DNA of 64,000 nucleotides, taken from NCBI RefSeq assembly GCF_009914755.1, contig NC_060926.1; one strand, given 5' to 3'. The position numbers and the translations under genes are program-made. The stretch's first letter is position 1. Every line of letters begins with the position of its first letter. Under the pieces are notes generated by a model. It was not told where the DNA came from, did no database searches, and saw only the letters and a list, made by a program, of their open reading frames with translations. Below are positions 1 through 13,195 of the stretch, in pieces. Source of the stretch: the human T2T-CHM13v2.0 reference genome, Homo sapiens.

Positions 1-1639
1 CATTCAAAAAGTGATTCGAAAGAGAATTACTGTTAAGTATAAATGTTTTGAGAATAATTTAAATGGTCAGTTTCACACATATTGTGCTTTCCTTTATATC
101 CCTTGGTGATATGTAATGAAAAATCTATGCCTAAATAAGTCTAAAGTGCTTTTTTTTACAAACTTCGAAGTTACTATTGTTTACTGGAAATATAATGTGA
201 GCAGACAATTTTAAATCTTCTAGTAAGCATGTTCAAAGATATAAAAAGGAATGTCAAAATTAATCTCAGTAACATGTTTTTATTTGAAGAAATATATTGA
301 AAATATCAGTTCAACATGTACTCAATATAACAAAGTTATTGAGGTATTTTACATTCACCTTTTCATATTAAGTCTTGGAAGTCCAGCCTGTATTTTCCAC
401 TTCACACTTCAATTCAGGACTGGCCACATTTCAACTATGCCAAATTCACACGTGGCTCATGGCTACTGTGCTTCACAGTGCACACCTAAGTGGGACAGGA
501 GACTCATGTTCTAGTTTGATTACGTTTTTATTTGTACTGGGGTGCAAAAGAATGGTGCATTTTATGCTTAGTGATGTCTTAGATTAGATGAAATAGGGTA
601 GTTTTTACCTTGCATTGAAAAGGGGATTTAAGGTAAGAAATAAATTTAGGGAAAAATATTTGTTTCTCACACATACCTACTATGTAGTTTTTGGAAGAAA
701 GTTGTGTGAGAATGCAATTTCTTGCACAATATTCCTAAAAATGAGTTCAGTGAGTCACCATCACTGCTAGCTCTCCGTCTACTTGGGCCCACGTGGGTGG
801 CTGAGGTCCCTGAAATGTCTTCTTCTAGGTTTTCTAGCACCCTCCTGGGCTCTCCCATACCCCCTTTAACCTCTTCATGCCAGCGTTGTTTTAAAAACTA
901 AAGGGCATATTGCTGTTTCTATCTCCTTTTTTTCCCATCCTTGGGATGGTAAGCCAGCAATAACAAGAAAAGACATATTTTCCAAAGTCATTGATTTTTC
1001 TTTTGCTTTGACTTTTCTGATCAGCTTCTCACGGGGTTCCTCATTCTTAAGTACTGCTTGTTTCTCCAACATGATACAATGAGCTAGGAGAGTGGCTGGG
1101 CATAGAGCTTGTGGAATGTCAATCCTTCCTGGCTGCTTTCTCTATACCACATCAGAGGCACTCTTTATATTGGGCCGTGACAATCACAGAGGCTGCCTTC
1201 TTATAACAAAATAATTGTACTTGACTGACACATACAGTTCAGAAAGACTCCGGGGCTCTGGGGATTTAGAGGACTGGAAAAGCCTCTGGAAAAGCCCAAT
1301 GTTAGTCTCCATAAATTTGAAAGCACAGTTTCTCACAATATTCAAAGTGCAATGATCCTCTGTAGAATTTTTTAGTGTTAGGTCAGCATCCCAGGGCAAG
1401 GCTGCTATTAGAAGACTAACACAATGCTCCTGACCAAACGCTTTGAAGCCAGTCAGAGATTGCATGTCTGGCTCTGTCATTTCCTGGCTGTGTGTCACAG
1501 GCTGACACCTAACTGCTCTGACTTCAACTTTCCTTGGCTAATATAATACCTATTTTAGAAGGTGGTCTTATGAGGATTACATGTACATCGTCTACCACAA
1601 GACCAGCCCAAAGAGTTTTCCACAGATTGTATTCATGAT

Positions 1640-1817
1640 CAGGAGTCAGCAAACTGTTTCTGTAAAAGGCCAGGTAGGCATGGTGGCTGCAAAGTCTCTG
1701 TTGCAACTACTCAACTCTACCCTTGTAGGGTGAAAGCAACCATAGACATGTGAATGAATGAGCATGGCTGTGTTCCAATAAAACTTTATTTACAAAAGTA
1801 GGCTGTGGGCCAGCCCG
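1640..1817 (+). mobile_element. MER58A-like hAT-Charlie DNA transposon
   Basis: CAGGAGTCAGCAAACT...TTGCAACTACTCAACTCT...GGCTGTGTTCCAATAAAACTTTATTTACAAAA resembles recalled MER58A consensus. Confidence 0.75.
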
Positions 1818-3048
1818 TGCTCTAGGCAATGAGGGGCTTGCAAAGATCTAGTGCAGGAGGGCGTTCTCCCTGCCACATTTTGTGCACCAGGGTCTCTTGA
1901 ACATAGCACTTCAGCGCATTCAGTGGGGTTGACTGGGTATGCCTTTGGTTGTGAGGTAGTTCTGTTTCTGAGTTGATGATTTTGATACGCAAATGGTATC
2001 TGGGACCCCTGGACTTACTTTTCACTCCCTCTCACTTTAGCCTTCTCTCTCTCTCTGCTGTTCACTTCACCTCCTTCCCCTAGCTCCTGCTGTCTCTGAG
2101 TGCAACGTATCTTATACAATTCCTTTCTCTTCCTCTGAATCCTCCCGGCAGCATCTAGTGCTAATGGACACCAAGTCTTCTGTGTGTGCCCCTCAGAGTC
2201 CCTGGAGTATGCGCATGCCTGGCTTCTCCGAGAGCATGGAACAATATCCTTCCAGTGATCCACTCCAGCCCTTCCCGATCAGGGCTGGTGCAGCCATGTC
2301 TACCTTTTAATTAGCTGGAAGAAAGTGGTCATCTTGTGGGGAAAGAAACACAACAACAGCATGAAGGTGGTGAGAGTCCTCTCTGATTCAGCACAGCTGT
2401 TTGAGGTGATGGATGACTCTGAATTTCCTACCTGCTCACACTGTCCTCGCATCAAAAACCCCAAAGACTTTCTTGATTTGAGGATTTCCTCACATTCTAA
2501 ACAGAAAGCGCAAATGACCGAGAATTTCTTTCCAGGAGCCTAATTAACTGATTTTCTCTTCATGTCACAAGTATGAAAATACCAAGGCCAATTTGACATT
2601 GTGGTGGGTTGTAGGTGACTCAGCTGTCTTTAGGCTTTCCTCGAATAACTTATTTATGTTTTCCAAGACTTAATGCCCTGTCAAGCTGAGGAAGAGTCTC
2701 CCAAAGCCATGCATTCATCAAAATCTTGGGTTATTAAGTCAACATCAAGATTTGTTAGCCTAAATATATGCCTTTTCCACTTGATTTCGCCACTTTCATT
2801 CTCCGGCATGTGGCCATTAATCCCTGGAAGAAAGAAACCCGCCCACCTGTGGTTTTAGGCCCAGGCTGCGTCCATATTCATGGCTGAAGGCCTGCTGCTG
2901 TTCCTTCTGTCGCCACTCAGTCTTCTAATTAGATTTCAGCTTTGCCATTTGTTTTCCTAGGGATGGATTGTTATTTTGCCACTTGCTCATTTGTATGTGT
3001 AACTTCTACGAATTAAAACAAGAAACTTCTAGACAAATGAAAACATGT

Positions 3049-3054
3049 TTTATT
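3049..3054 (-). terminator. Likely main polyadenylation signal AATAAA
   Basis: Plus strand TTTATT; several TGTA motifs just upstream on the minus strand and AGTTTCTTGTTTTAATT about 25 nt downstream. Confidence 0.75.
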
Positions 3055-4120
3055 TACAAGAAAAAAGTCTGTACATTGTGTATACATAAAAATATACAAA
3101 ACCAAAATAGAAAATATCCAAGTGTTAAAATGTGTACAAACACTTTTAAAATGCGACTCCTGGAAAACTTCAAGCTTTAATTAGTTTGAAGAGTACACAT
3201 TTCATTTTAAAAATTATCATACAAAAGAATTCCCAAAGCTGTTAAAAAAGTTCACTGGTTTCCACTGGAAGAATTGTCTAAGTATTTCATCTAGAATAAA
3301 ACAGGATTTGTTATAAATGTTAGATTTTAACACCACCAATGCAATTTCTTTGTTTCCAATCTACCTAGCAAGAAGACTATTTTCCATAGAACCAGTAAAT
3401 GTTTCTTCTAATCTTTGAAAGCCATGAGCTACAGCTAAGCTTCCCTTCAAAGTTCAGTGTTAAATCAGGCTTCTGACTAGGATAAAATATTAAGGTAGTG
3501 TTCTACCTTCATAGTGCCTTTTAAATAATTCTGTCAGTCCATTTTAATGTAGCCAAGATGTGCAGAGTATGAGTGTGTGGGAAGCGGTTGGCGGAGGACT
3601 GAATTTTTTTTCTTTTAACAGAAGGACATATAACATTTGCTTCCTTCTCTCAAAATATTAGTGGTTACATAATTAAAATAAAATTTATTGTAAAGGTTTC
3701 AGTCAAAAATATTGATGAAAAAGCAATATAAAACCAACCATGTGTGTAGATATGTATATACACAATTATATAACTATATCTACATGTACACTTTTCATAC
3801 TAAGAACTAGATCAATGTCTTTAATTCCTTAAATGTCATTAGCTCAAGTTTGAACAGAAACATATTACATTACTTTTTTTTTTAACCAAAAGGCTTCATT
3901 CATTTAATAAAACAAGAACTTACATTTTATTTCCTTGAACGGACAGAGAAATACCTTTCATTTATCAAGTGTGTAAATAATGCCCATGTGACAGAAACAT
4001 GCATAATAATCTCATAAGAGAATATCCAGAGATAAAAGACAAGTTGAAACTCAGGGACATTTTACCCAAGCAATTAATTTCCAGATGGAGTTGCCTTGAT
4101 CAGTCATGTAACCACTGGGT

Positions 4121-4160
4121 AAGAGTTCTAAACTATCAGAAAGAGTTCTAAACTATCAGA
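4121..4160. repeat. Perfect 20-bp tandem duplication in the 3' UTR
   Basis: AAGAGTTCTAAACTATCAGA x2. Confidence 0.95.
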
Positions 4161-5040
4161 ATCAAAACAGACAATACAATAGAACATACTTGGAAGCTAC
4201 CTGGCCAATAGGTTCACTCATGTCTTTCTGATAATTCCCCTGGTCCCACCTCACTCCCTTTCTCTGTCTCTTACCACAGCTAAGCAGAAATTCAACCAAG
4301 TAACTGACCACATGTACTGTGTGTTGATCTATAAGAAAAACTGGAGAGAGAACTTGAATCATGGCATTTGTGCGTATGAAATTCAATCACATACTGGCAC
4401 TCATCTAAGACTGATCCCACTTAAAGCACCCAAACGGGACCTACCTAATTAATTCAGGAGATGTGTTACTGCTCAGAAGAGTCAATCAGCAGCGTAAGTA
4501 TGATCTGTCCAGCAGAATTAACTGGCTCATACACATGTAAGAGAGTGACCCAGCTACTTTGATTTCCTAATTTTGAAAACGCTAATGATTATTTTAGCAT
4601 TTCTTTTTTTGCAGATGCTATGGCTACAATGACTGAGGACTACTGGAGAGTCCAGGATTGATTAAGTGTCTGGCTGAGAGACCAAGAGGACCAGACACAT
4701 GGGAAGTGCTGTTTCTCGAAGCTCTGCCTTCAGGCAGACAAGGAAAGACCTGGTCGTTCAAAGATGTATAAAAGCCCTCCCTTGCCCATCCAAGCCTGAT
4801 GCTTACATGCAACTTTTAATTGACCATCCCTTGGTCCTGAGCACAAAGTTCTCTGTAAGAGCAGCTCTATAAGGACATAGTGAGAAAGGTCAGCTCCCTG
4901 GGACGAGCATCGGTATTCCATGAGAACACCAGGTCTGTTAAAGGTTACCCGTCTGCCTGGTGTGACTGGCTGGAGAAATAAGGTAGGGAGAATCTAGATA
5001 TGGTTGAATTGTCATTGCTGCTCAAAATTTGTTTCTTTGT

Positions 5041-5082
<42 letters not shown>
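5041..5082. repeat. (AAC)14 microsatellite, (GUU)14 in the mRNA 3' UTR
   Basis: Directly visible perfect repeat. Confidence 0.95.
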
Positions 5083-5083
<1 letters not shown>

Positions 5084-5981
5084 GGTGAAATTATCTTGAA
5101 ATACAAAAGAACGTCTGTTGGTCCTGAGAGTGAAAAAAGGAATCCTTAACAGCTTCAGCTTGCACCAAGAGGATTTTTTTTTATCAGCTTCCCTTCATAA
5201 GAGAGGATGGAGGATTTTGGAAGAGACAGAACCTGGGAGAAATTCAGTGAGCTGCCACTTACTGTTAACTACTCCACAGAAGAACTATATGTTTATTGGA
5301 ATTCAGTAAATGTGGCATGTAAGGATTTAGTCAATGTCTGGCAAAATGCTGCCACTTAGGACCCATTTGGCTAATACTAGAAGTAGTCATCAAGTTAACT
5401 GTAACTGCCCAACATTTTCTTAGAAGCCAAAGAACTTAAACTTTTATAGAAGAACGCCCAGTCAGTACTATATTAATGTGTGTATTACATTTATTGACTG
5501 TTGAACAGAGCCTGATTCCCAAGAGTCTTTAAGGCCATAATAAATGCAAAAATTGTAACTAAATTTCCTTTGTACTCTTCAGTCTTTCTTGTAACCTCAA
5601 TGAAACTGAAAGTACTATTTTAAAAGTACAATGACTACGACAAAATTCCATTTAAAAATCTTTAAAGTGTTGGGTTCTGAGGCTTTTGAACTTGAATATT
5701 TACACTGACCCCAATAAATTCTCCTCTAACCAAGTTCTCATGTCAGCCAAGGGGGATTATGCTGGATAGTAAGGATGTCTACAAGTAAATCCACTTGCAA
5801 AACTATAAAAGGAGCTTCAGGGGCATTTAATGGTCTGGAAGATCTAGAAAGATCCAAGGAGGGTAGGGAGTAATATTCATCCACCACAGCCACCTCACCC
5901 ACATTCCAGAGTTGCTGAAATTATTACACACATGTAAACATAAGGACAAGACAAAGTTTTTTCAAGAAATTAGAAAGGAAT

Positions 5982-6269
5982 GACCGGGCGCGGTGGTGGC
6001 TCACGCCTATAATCCCATCACTTTGGGAGGCCGAGGCAGGCAGATCACAAGGTCAGGAGATCGAGACCACCCTGGCTAACACGGTGAAACCCTGTCTCTA
6101 CTAAAAATACAAAAAATTAGCTGGGCGTGGTGGCGGGTGCCTGTAGTCCCCAGCTACTCAGGAGGCTGAGGCAGGAGAATGGTGTGAACGTGGGAGGCAG
6201 AGCTGGCAGTGAACCAAGATCGCACCACTGCACTCTAGCCTGGGCGACAGAGCGAGAGACTGTCTCAAA

Positions 6270-6294
<25 letters not shown>
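5982..6294 (+). mobile_element. Full-length AluY in the 3' UTR, antisense to the mRNA
   Basis: Alu dimer with AluY-type GAGATCGAGACCA.CCTGGCTAACACGG, poly(A) tail and 17-bp TSD AAGAAATTAGAAAGGAA (5964-5980 / 6295-6311). Confidence 0.93.
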
Positions 6295-6300
<6 letters not shown>

Positions 6301-8104
6301 TTAGAAAGGAACATGGCTTAACCATGTCTATTTAGACATAAGTTAATATATAGGACAAAGTTACCTATCCCTTCTCATTGACTTAATAACAAAACTCTCA
6401 AAATGGGCTTTTATTGGATATTATTGTGATTAAAACTTTCCAATTTCTCCTTCACTATTATAGCAAGCTATAGGAGATGTCTTGTTTTCCAGCTCCATAT
6501 CTGCTGAATAGACTAACCAAACAGAAGCCTTCAGTCTCTGTAAGCCATTCTTGCTCAAGAAAGTAGTCCTGAGAACAGTCTAGAAGAAACCAATCCTGAA
6601 ACAAAGAAAACTTTTCCACTAAACTCTCCTGACATTCATACATTTTGCAAGGGAGAACGCATTTAATTAAGCTGCTATTGTCATTGCAACAAGTCTTAAC
6701 TGTACCATGGAGATATGTTTTGGTTATACATTGAAATAATAGCATGTTTAATTAAGGTATTACAGAATGTTTCTGTTTCACTATATTCATAGCAAAAATT
6801 TTTCAATGTATCAGTGACAGTTGAGATTAAAGAAAAAATCAACCCTGAATATAGCTAACATATTGGGATGAAAATTTCCCTCTAGCTGCCTTTCCCTCTG
6901 AAGCATCTACATATTTTCCTTGTTAATAAGCAATGCTTTCACATAAATTATTTAATTATATGGCTTTGTCATGCTGCTGACATAAAACATATCTGCAAAA
7001 GCAAGGACTGGATTCCTAAATGTCTGTAGGAAGATTTAGTGAAGATTCAGTGCTCATCACTGTGGAGTTCCCACTGGCTGATAAAAACCTGCAAGAAACC
7101 TGTATAATAAAGACAGGCGTGCATCCCTAGAAGCACAGGGTGATGGCTCCAAAATCTTTCCTTCTAGTTTGGAAGGAGCAAGGTGTCTCCCGTCTTCCCC
7201 AGCACAGCTGTGCCAATTGTCAAGTGTGTCACTGACTATGCAAAAGCTGCAGGGTAGATCTGCAGGTGAGGAGGTACAAGGCAGAAAAGCCAGAACCGGG
7301 GAGTGTCCAGGGGCACCTGCAGCCCTGTGATTCTATGTTACTTGCCAGTGATGTGCCTCCTGGTGGATGTGATACTAATGTTCCTGGTTGAAATACTGCA
7401 GGGAAACAAAGGGCCTCCTCTGTGGTGCTATATGGAATTTGGCTTTTTCTTGGACCTTTCAAGATGGATGTTTTCTGGTTTTAGAACTCTGTCTTGATGC
7501 ACAGAAAGCAAAGCATTCAGTGGGCAATGGGAGGCAGAGATGAAGAATGCAACGGTTGGAAATAAAAGCCTTTGCCAGGATGTGCTGGGAATTTTTTGCT
7601 GTTAAACACATCTGAGTGATAATTTCAATGTCTGTCATAAAACCTAGGATATTTAATGATGAATGCATGTATAACTGACACACTCGATGCTGTAAATGAT
7701 GTCCCTCAATTTGAATGTTTCTAAACATAAACCACTTCATATGGTCAGGAACATCACCAAAACCTGTCATTGAAACCAACCCTGATGAGGGGTACTCATG
7801 GCAGAAGAATAAGTTGTTAACATTTCTGGAGGTATCATACCCATGGTCATACATGTGTTTTCTTTCTAGCTATCCTTGGTTTTGCATCTTTCTTGAGCCT
7901 TATTTTTTTAAAAAAACCATTTCTATGTTCAAAGCAGTAATACATACTCAATGGCTTAGAAAGAGAAGGATTATCATGACCACCACTAAATTACTGTTTA
8001 AAGACTCAAAACTACACTGTCTAAAATCTATCTTCAAGTATTCTTTTGTGACTTTGAGTACAACAGTAGTACCTTATTGCACATTGATTCCCAAGAAATC
8101 CTTT

Positions 8105-8376
8105 TTAAGAGTGTGGAATGACTGGACTTGGTGCAGGGCAGTGCACCGCCTGGAAGCCGGGAAGAACCACCTTGCCCTTGCGATGCAAATCCCCCTGCGT
8201 GCCCATGTTCAGGCGCTGCACCAGGAGCTTCTCATAGAGTAGTGGGTGGTACGCCCCGAGGGTGCAGGCTGCGTCGTAGTACAGCTCGTGGTAGTGGCAC
8301 AGCTCCGTCTGCCGCACGGATGGGATATATTCATACACGTGCACCTCTCTGCACATGGACATCATTATGAGGATTC
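8105..8376 (-). CDS. ST6GAL2: ST6GAL2 terminal coding exon (272 nt with stop): end of sialylmotif S, motif III (HYHE), VS (HPLLYE)
   Basis: Acceptor TTTTCATGTCAG|GAATCC at 8377/8376; gives (G)[19 protein letters not shown]...HYHE...HPLLYEK...VIPHS*. Total CDS 1590 nt = 529 aa. Confidence 0.97.
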
Positions 8377-9060
8377 CTGACATGAAAACCAAAAATTAGA
8401 ACCTAATGAACAACTCCATGTGAGAGGGATGAGTTTTTTGGGGGAGGGGTGGTGGTGATGGGATATGACTGTGGCAAGAGACACTTACTTTTTTGTTGTT
8501 GTTGCATTTGCAATGTTATAACTTCCATTAAGTGGTGTGTATGCAGTTCATGGAGTATGGGGGCATATTAAAATGTAACACTATATATATATATATCTAT
8601 TCGCTCATTTAATTTATCACTGTGGGCCTGGTAAGGAGAGATGAAAAGAAGTCAGTGAACTTGAGGGAACCACACGCTAGTGAAGGACAGATTTGCAACC
8701 CCCCAAATCAGAGTTTCCTGTATCACATTCTATACACATGTCCCATCTGGTTTGCAATGATGGGACAGTTATGTTCCAAAGAAACAAATGCCATAAAAAC
8801 TAAATTATAAAATAGTTGCTTGATTATAAATTGACTATAATACAGTTGTTTGAAAACTTGTAACATAAAACTGTACAATGGATCAGCTCTTATACTATAG
8901 TTGTCTGAATGGAAAGAAATGGAGTTAAAGCGACAGAGTTTAAGATTCATATTAACAAAATTATTTTTCTCACTGAACTATCAGTGTTAAACTTTTAATT
9001 TTTTAATGTTTCAAATAATCAGCTATAACAGCTAATCATCACTGAGTACATTTTATTCTT

Positions 9061-9351
9061 TTTTTTTTTTTTTTGAGACGGAGTCTCACTGTGTTGCTCA
9101 AGCTGGAGTGCAGTGGCGCGATCTCACTGCAAGCTCCCCCTTCCCCGATTCACGCCATTCTCCTGCCTCAGCCTCCCAAGTAGCCGGGACTACAGGCGCC
9201 CACCACCACGCCCGGCTAATATTTTGTATTTTTAGTAGAGACAGGGTTTCACTGTGTTAGCCAGGATGGTCTCAATCTCCTGACCTCCTGCTCCCCCCAC
9301 CTCGGCCTCTCAAAGTGCTGGGATTACAGGCATGAGCCACCGCGCCAGGCC
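9061..9351 (-). mobile_element. Full-length AluY-like element
   Basis: Poly-T then GAGACGGAGTCTC...GCAAGCTCC...ACGCCATTCTCC; TSD TGAGTACATTTTATTCTT on both sides. Confidence 0.93.
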
Positions 9352-10220
9352 TGAGTACATTTTATTCTTTATCTAGACTAATGGCTTTCTTTCTTTTCTT
9401 AACACCACCATGCCACTATTAACTTGAAAGTTAAAAAAAAAGACATCTCTTTTCTGAAAGGGATGTCCCTTGTTATAAAAAACATAAAGCAGCACAGTTA
9501 TTCTTGTTATAGCCAATATTTATCTGAAGATGACAGTAATATTCCCTAATTAACCAACCATGTGTGCAACACAAAAATCCCATACCAGAGGAGTCCTGTA
9601 TAAGGGACACTGGGAGAGAAGAGAGAAAGGGCCTAATTTTGCTGAGGGGTTCCAGAAAGGCTGCCCAAAGGTGGAGAAGTGTGAAGCTCAAGGGGCTGCC
9701 TGGTGGACAAGGGGTAGAAGGAAACAGGAGAGGGGATACTGCTCCAGAGTCAGCAAGGATAGCTTGTGTAGTAGATGTCAGAGTCATGATATGGTATCAT
9801 AGTTGAGAGTAAAACACACTCCTAACAAAGACAAGGGGATTATGCACTTCAAATTCTATGCAGTCAAGTTGCTCTCAAGAGCGATGGTCAGAACCTCAAG
9901 TTACTGGGTCAATTCCTCTTGTTTTTCTCCCAGGTCCCTCTACCAGTTTCCTTCCTTCTTCCATGGCTGCCTGGCTGCTGCCCCTCCCTTAGATCAGCCT
10001 AAAGCACTGTGATTCAGGCATTCGGGTGGCACCAATTGAGGAAAAGGAAGCAGTACCCCCCAGATGCTCGAAATGTCTGCACCCATGGAGAAACATGAGT
10101 GCAGTGGTCAAAAGTCTGCCTCCTGATTAGTAATGACTGCTCTCAAACATTTTTTCTCCCCTGTATAAAATCATATACAAGGAATTCACATGGTGAATGA
10201 CATCTGCCCATGGAGAATTA

Positions 10221-10565
<345 letters not shown>

Positions 10566-10994
10566 TCAGGGGCTACAGACCAAGTTGCTGTGCACTGCCC
10601 AGCATTGGGGGCTCCCCATCTCCTGGGCATGACATCTGCTCTGCCAGCTCTGCACAAGGAATCACGCTGAAGGGGGTGGACTTCATCACGGGCATCATTA
10701 ATCAATATATTTATTACAACACTTTGCTTGCACATGGCAGGGGGGTGGCTTCAAGAGTGTCTTTTACACAAAGTCACTGTATAACCTAGCAGTGGAACTG
10801 TACCCAGAAACCACAGTTCTTTGCTACTTGGGCATTTCTATGAGCTAATAACACAATGGCGTCCGTAAGGACTGGAGTCAGTTGTGTTGGAGTTGTGACC
10901 TTTGCAACTCTGGTTCTTAAACTGGATGGTTTTCAAAAGCCAATCTTATACTTAGGGGAGTATGTTAGCTGTGCAGTTGGTCCTCCCCATAAAG

Positions 10995-11150
10995 CAGTAG
11001 TCCTCAAAGTTCAGCATGGAAAAGAATGACACAGGCAGCTTGATCAAATGCAGGTTCCTGGGACTTGTCTTCATTTCCAGAAATTCAGGTTCTATTGGTT
11101 TGTGCTGGGGTCCAGGAATCTGAACTTTTAACAAGCGTTCCCTTTAGGTG
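10995..11150. mobile_element. MER5-family hAT fragment
   Basis: CAGTAGTCCTCAAAGT...GGGTCCAGGAATCTGAACTTTTAACAAGC resembles MER5A/B. Confidence 0.5.
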
Positions 11151-12096
11151 AAAGGCCAGTTAGAGAAAAGTTCCAACCTATCACAGACCAATGCTTTTGT
11201 AAAATACCATAATGAGGAACTACGAGAAAAATGATCAACTATTTGGATGCCATGGCTATGTGAAATTGCTATAAGGTGTCTAAATCCTTCCATTTTCTAC
11301 ACGAATCTAGTTGTAGACCAGTAACACACGTTCCTGGACCAGTGCTGGTCTACTCTCCATGCTTTAAGGACCAGGTTGTTTTAACACACATATTTTTTGA
11401 AAACTGCTGAGGAATCCCTAAGTTCTCTCATAGGTAGCAAGACATTCTGCATGTTGACAGCTGATCTAGATTTGAACTGCTACCAAATCCAAGTAACTCT
11501 GGGGAGCTTCCCTATACATCCTTGCTATCCTCTTAGACTCAAAGAGCTATCAGATGCTTGAATCTGATTGTTTTTCCAGAGAAAAATTTTATCCTTGCTG
11601 CTAGTTAACCGTTAAATCGTGTTATCTGCTAAATATACAATATAGATTTTGTCATAGACTATGCAAATAGTTATGCTTTCAATATATGTAAATAGGCACA
11701 CTTTTAGTATTTTCTTATATAAGTACTCTATATTTAAAAAGAACTTCTTCAGCTTCAGAAATAGAGGGATTTGTCAGTTAGCTCATGGCAGTCCAAATTG
11801 AAAGCCAATAGATCCTATGAAAGTGGGTGTTTGTCCTGAGTTTTCTGCACAGTTCTTCCTGATCTTTGCCTATCAGATAGAGATTTAGCAACAATGATTT
11901 CTCCATCTTGTTTTGTAGTCTCATGAATTGGTGGCTTCCTGAAACTATGAACCATGGCTTGGAGCATCCTAAAATTAAACAGTAGAATCTACCCTGAGTG
12001 TTTAGGCGGCAGCCAGCTGCAGCCACTGATACGGAATTGGTATGGAGGCATCTTCCAAAAAAAAGGAAAAAAATAATTTAAAACTCACTGTGGAGT

Positions 12097-12405
12097 AGGG
12101 CGTGCAGTGGCTCACGCCTGGAATCCCAGTACTTTGGGAGGTCAAGGCAGGTGGATCACTCAAACCCAGGAGTTTGACACCAGCCTGGACAACATGGTGA
12201 AACCCCGTCTCTACAAAAATATACAAAATATCAGCCAGGCATGGTGGCTCGTGCCTGTGGTCGCAGCTACTCAAGAGGCTGAGGTGGCAGGATCACCTTA
12301 GCCCAGAGGTTGAGGCTGCAGTGAGCCATGATTGTGCCACTGCACTCTCATGCTCACTGAGCGACAGAGTGGCATCCTGTCAAAATAAATAAATAAATAA
12401 TAAAA
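12097..12405 (+). mobile_element. AluJ-like element
   Basis: Diverged full dimer with J-type GAGGCTGCAGTGAGCCATGATTG and (TAAA)n tail. Confidence 0.88.
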
Positions 12406-13195
12406 CTAGTAATAATAAAACTGTGTAATGTGAAAGGCAGACAAGGAGGTTTATGGTGCCAAAGACGTAGAATATTCTTTAACATTTTAACTTTTTTTTT
12501 CAGGCAGCATGATCAATTCATTTAGCATATGCATACTTAGTCTTTTAATTTTCTTTAAGGCTGTTGTTATACATAAATTTGAGTTTAGATTCAGACTCTG
12601 TCATATAATAAATAGTGAAAATTATTAGTATTAAATTTGATTCCATCTACATATCAATTTTCCTAAGAGTTAATAATAGTACTTAGCAATACACAAACAC
12701 CTGAAGAATAAATTTCTTCATACTTTGCAAAAGAGAACTAGGTAGATGTCAATGTTTGGACATACATAACAATAGCTCTTACATGGTTCAGAATGGGGTA
12801 GGTGGGGAGTAGATACTGCAGGCAGACAGGACGGGGACAGGATTAGGGAAGAATAGAGTCTTTAAGTGCTGTTTGAGGCCTCCTCAATTAAATTCAACAT
12901 CTATCAAGCTGACCACGGTACTAATCATTGGCAATTTAGAGCACCTTTCTTTAAAAAGGTAAAGATATTAAATAAAACTAAAGATTTCACCTTTAAATTT
13001 AAAGACAGTAGAAGGCCCATGACCATTCTTAGGATGGCTTGAAGAAAGTATCCTAAACGTCATACTGAGAAAAATGTTTATGAACTACCACCAGATCTCT
13101 TCTGCAATGCCCCAATGCTGAGCCTTGTCATTCACAAATGACTACCAACAGCACACAGCTCTCAAATGAACTCTGAGTCACCACCATTAAGGTCC

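Larger units (their letters stand above)
3027..8104 (-). other. ST6GAL2: ST6GAL2 long 3' UTR (~5.1 kb); 3' end approximate
   Basis: Continues from the stop to AATAAA at 3049-3054 (minus), which has upstream UGUA motifs and a downstream GU/U-rich tract. Confidence 0.75.

Noticed and set aside
7459-8242. 175-aa (+) and 131-aa (-) ORFs in the proximal 3' UTR
   Set aside because: No recognisable homology or splice support; consistent with chance ORFs.
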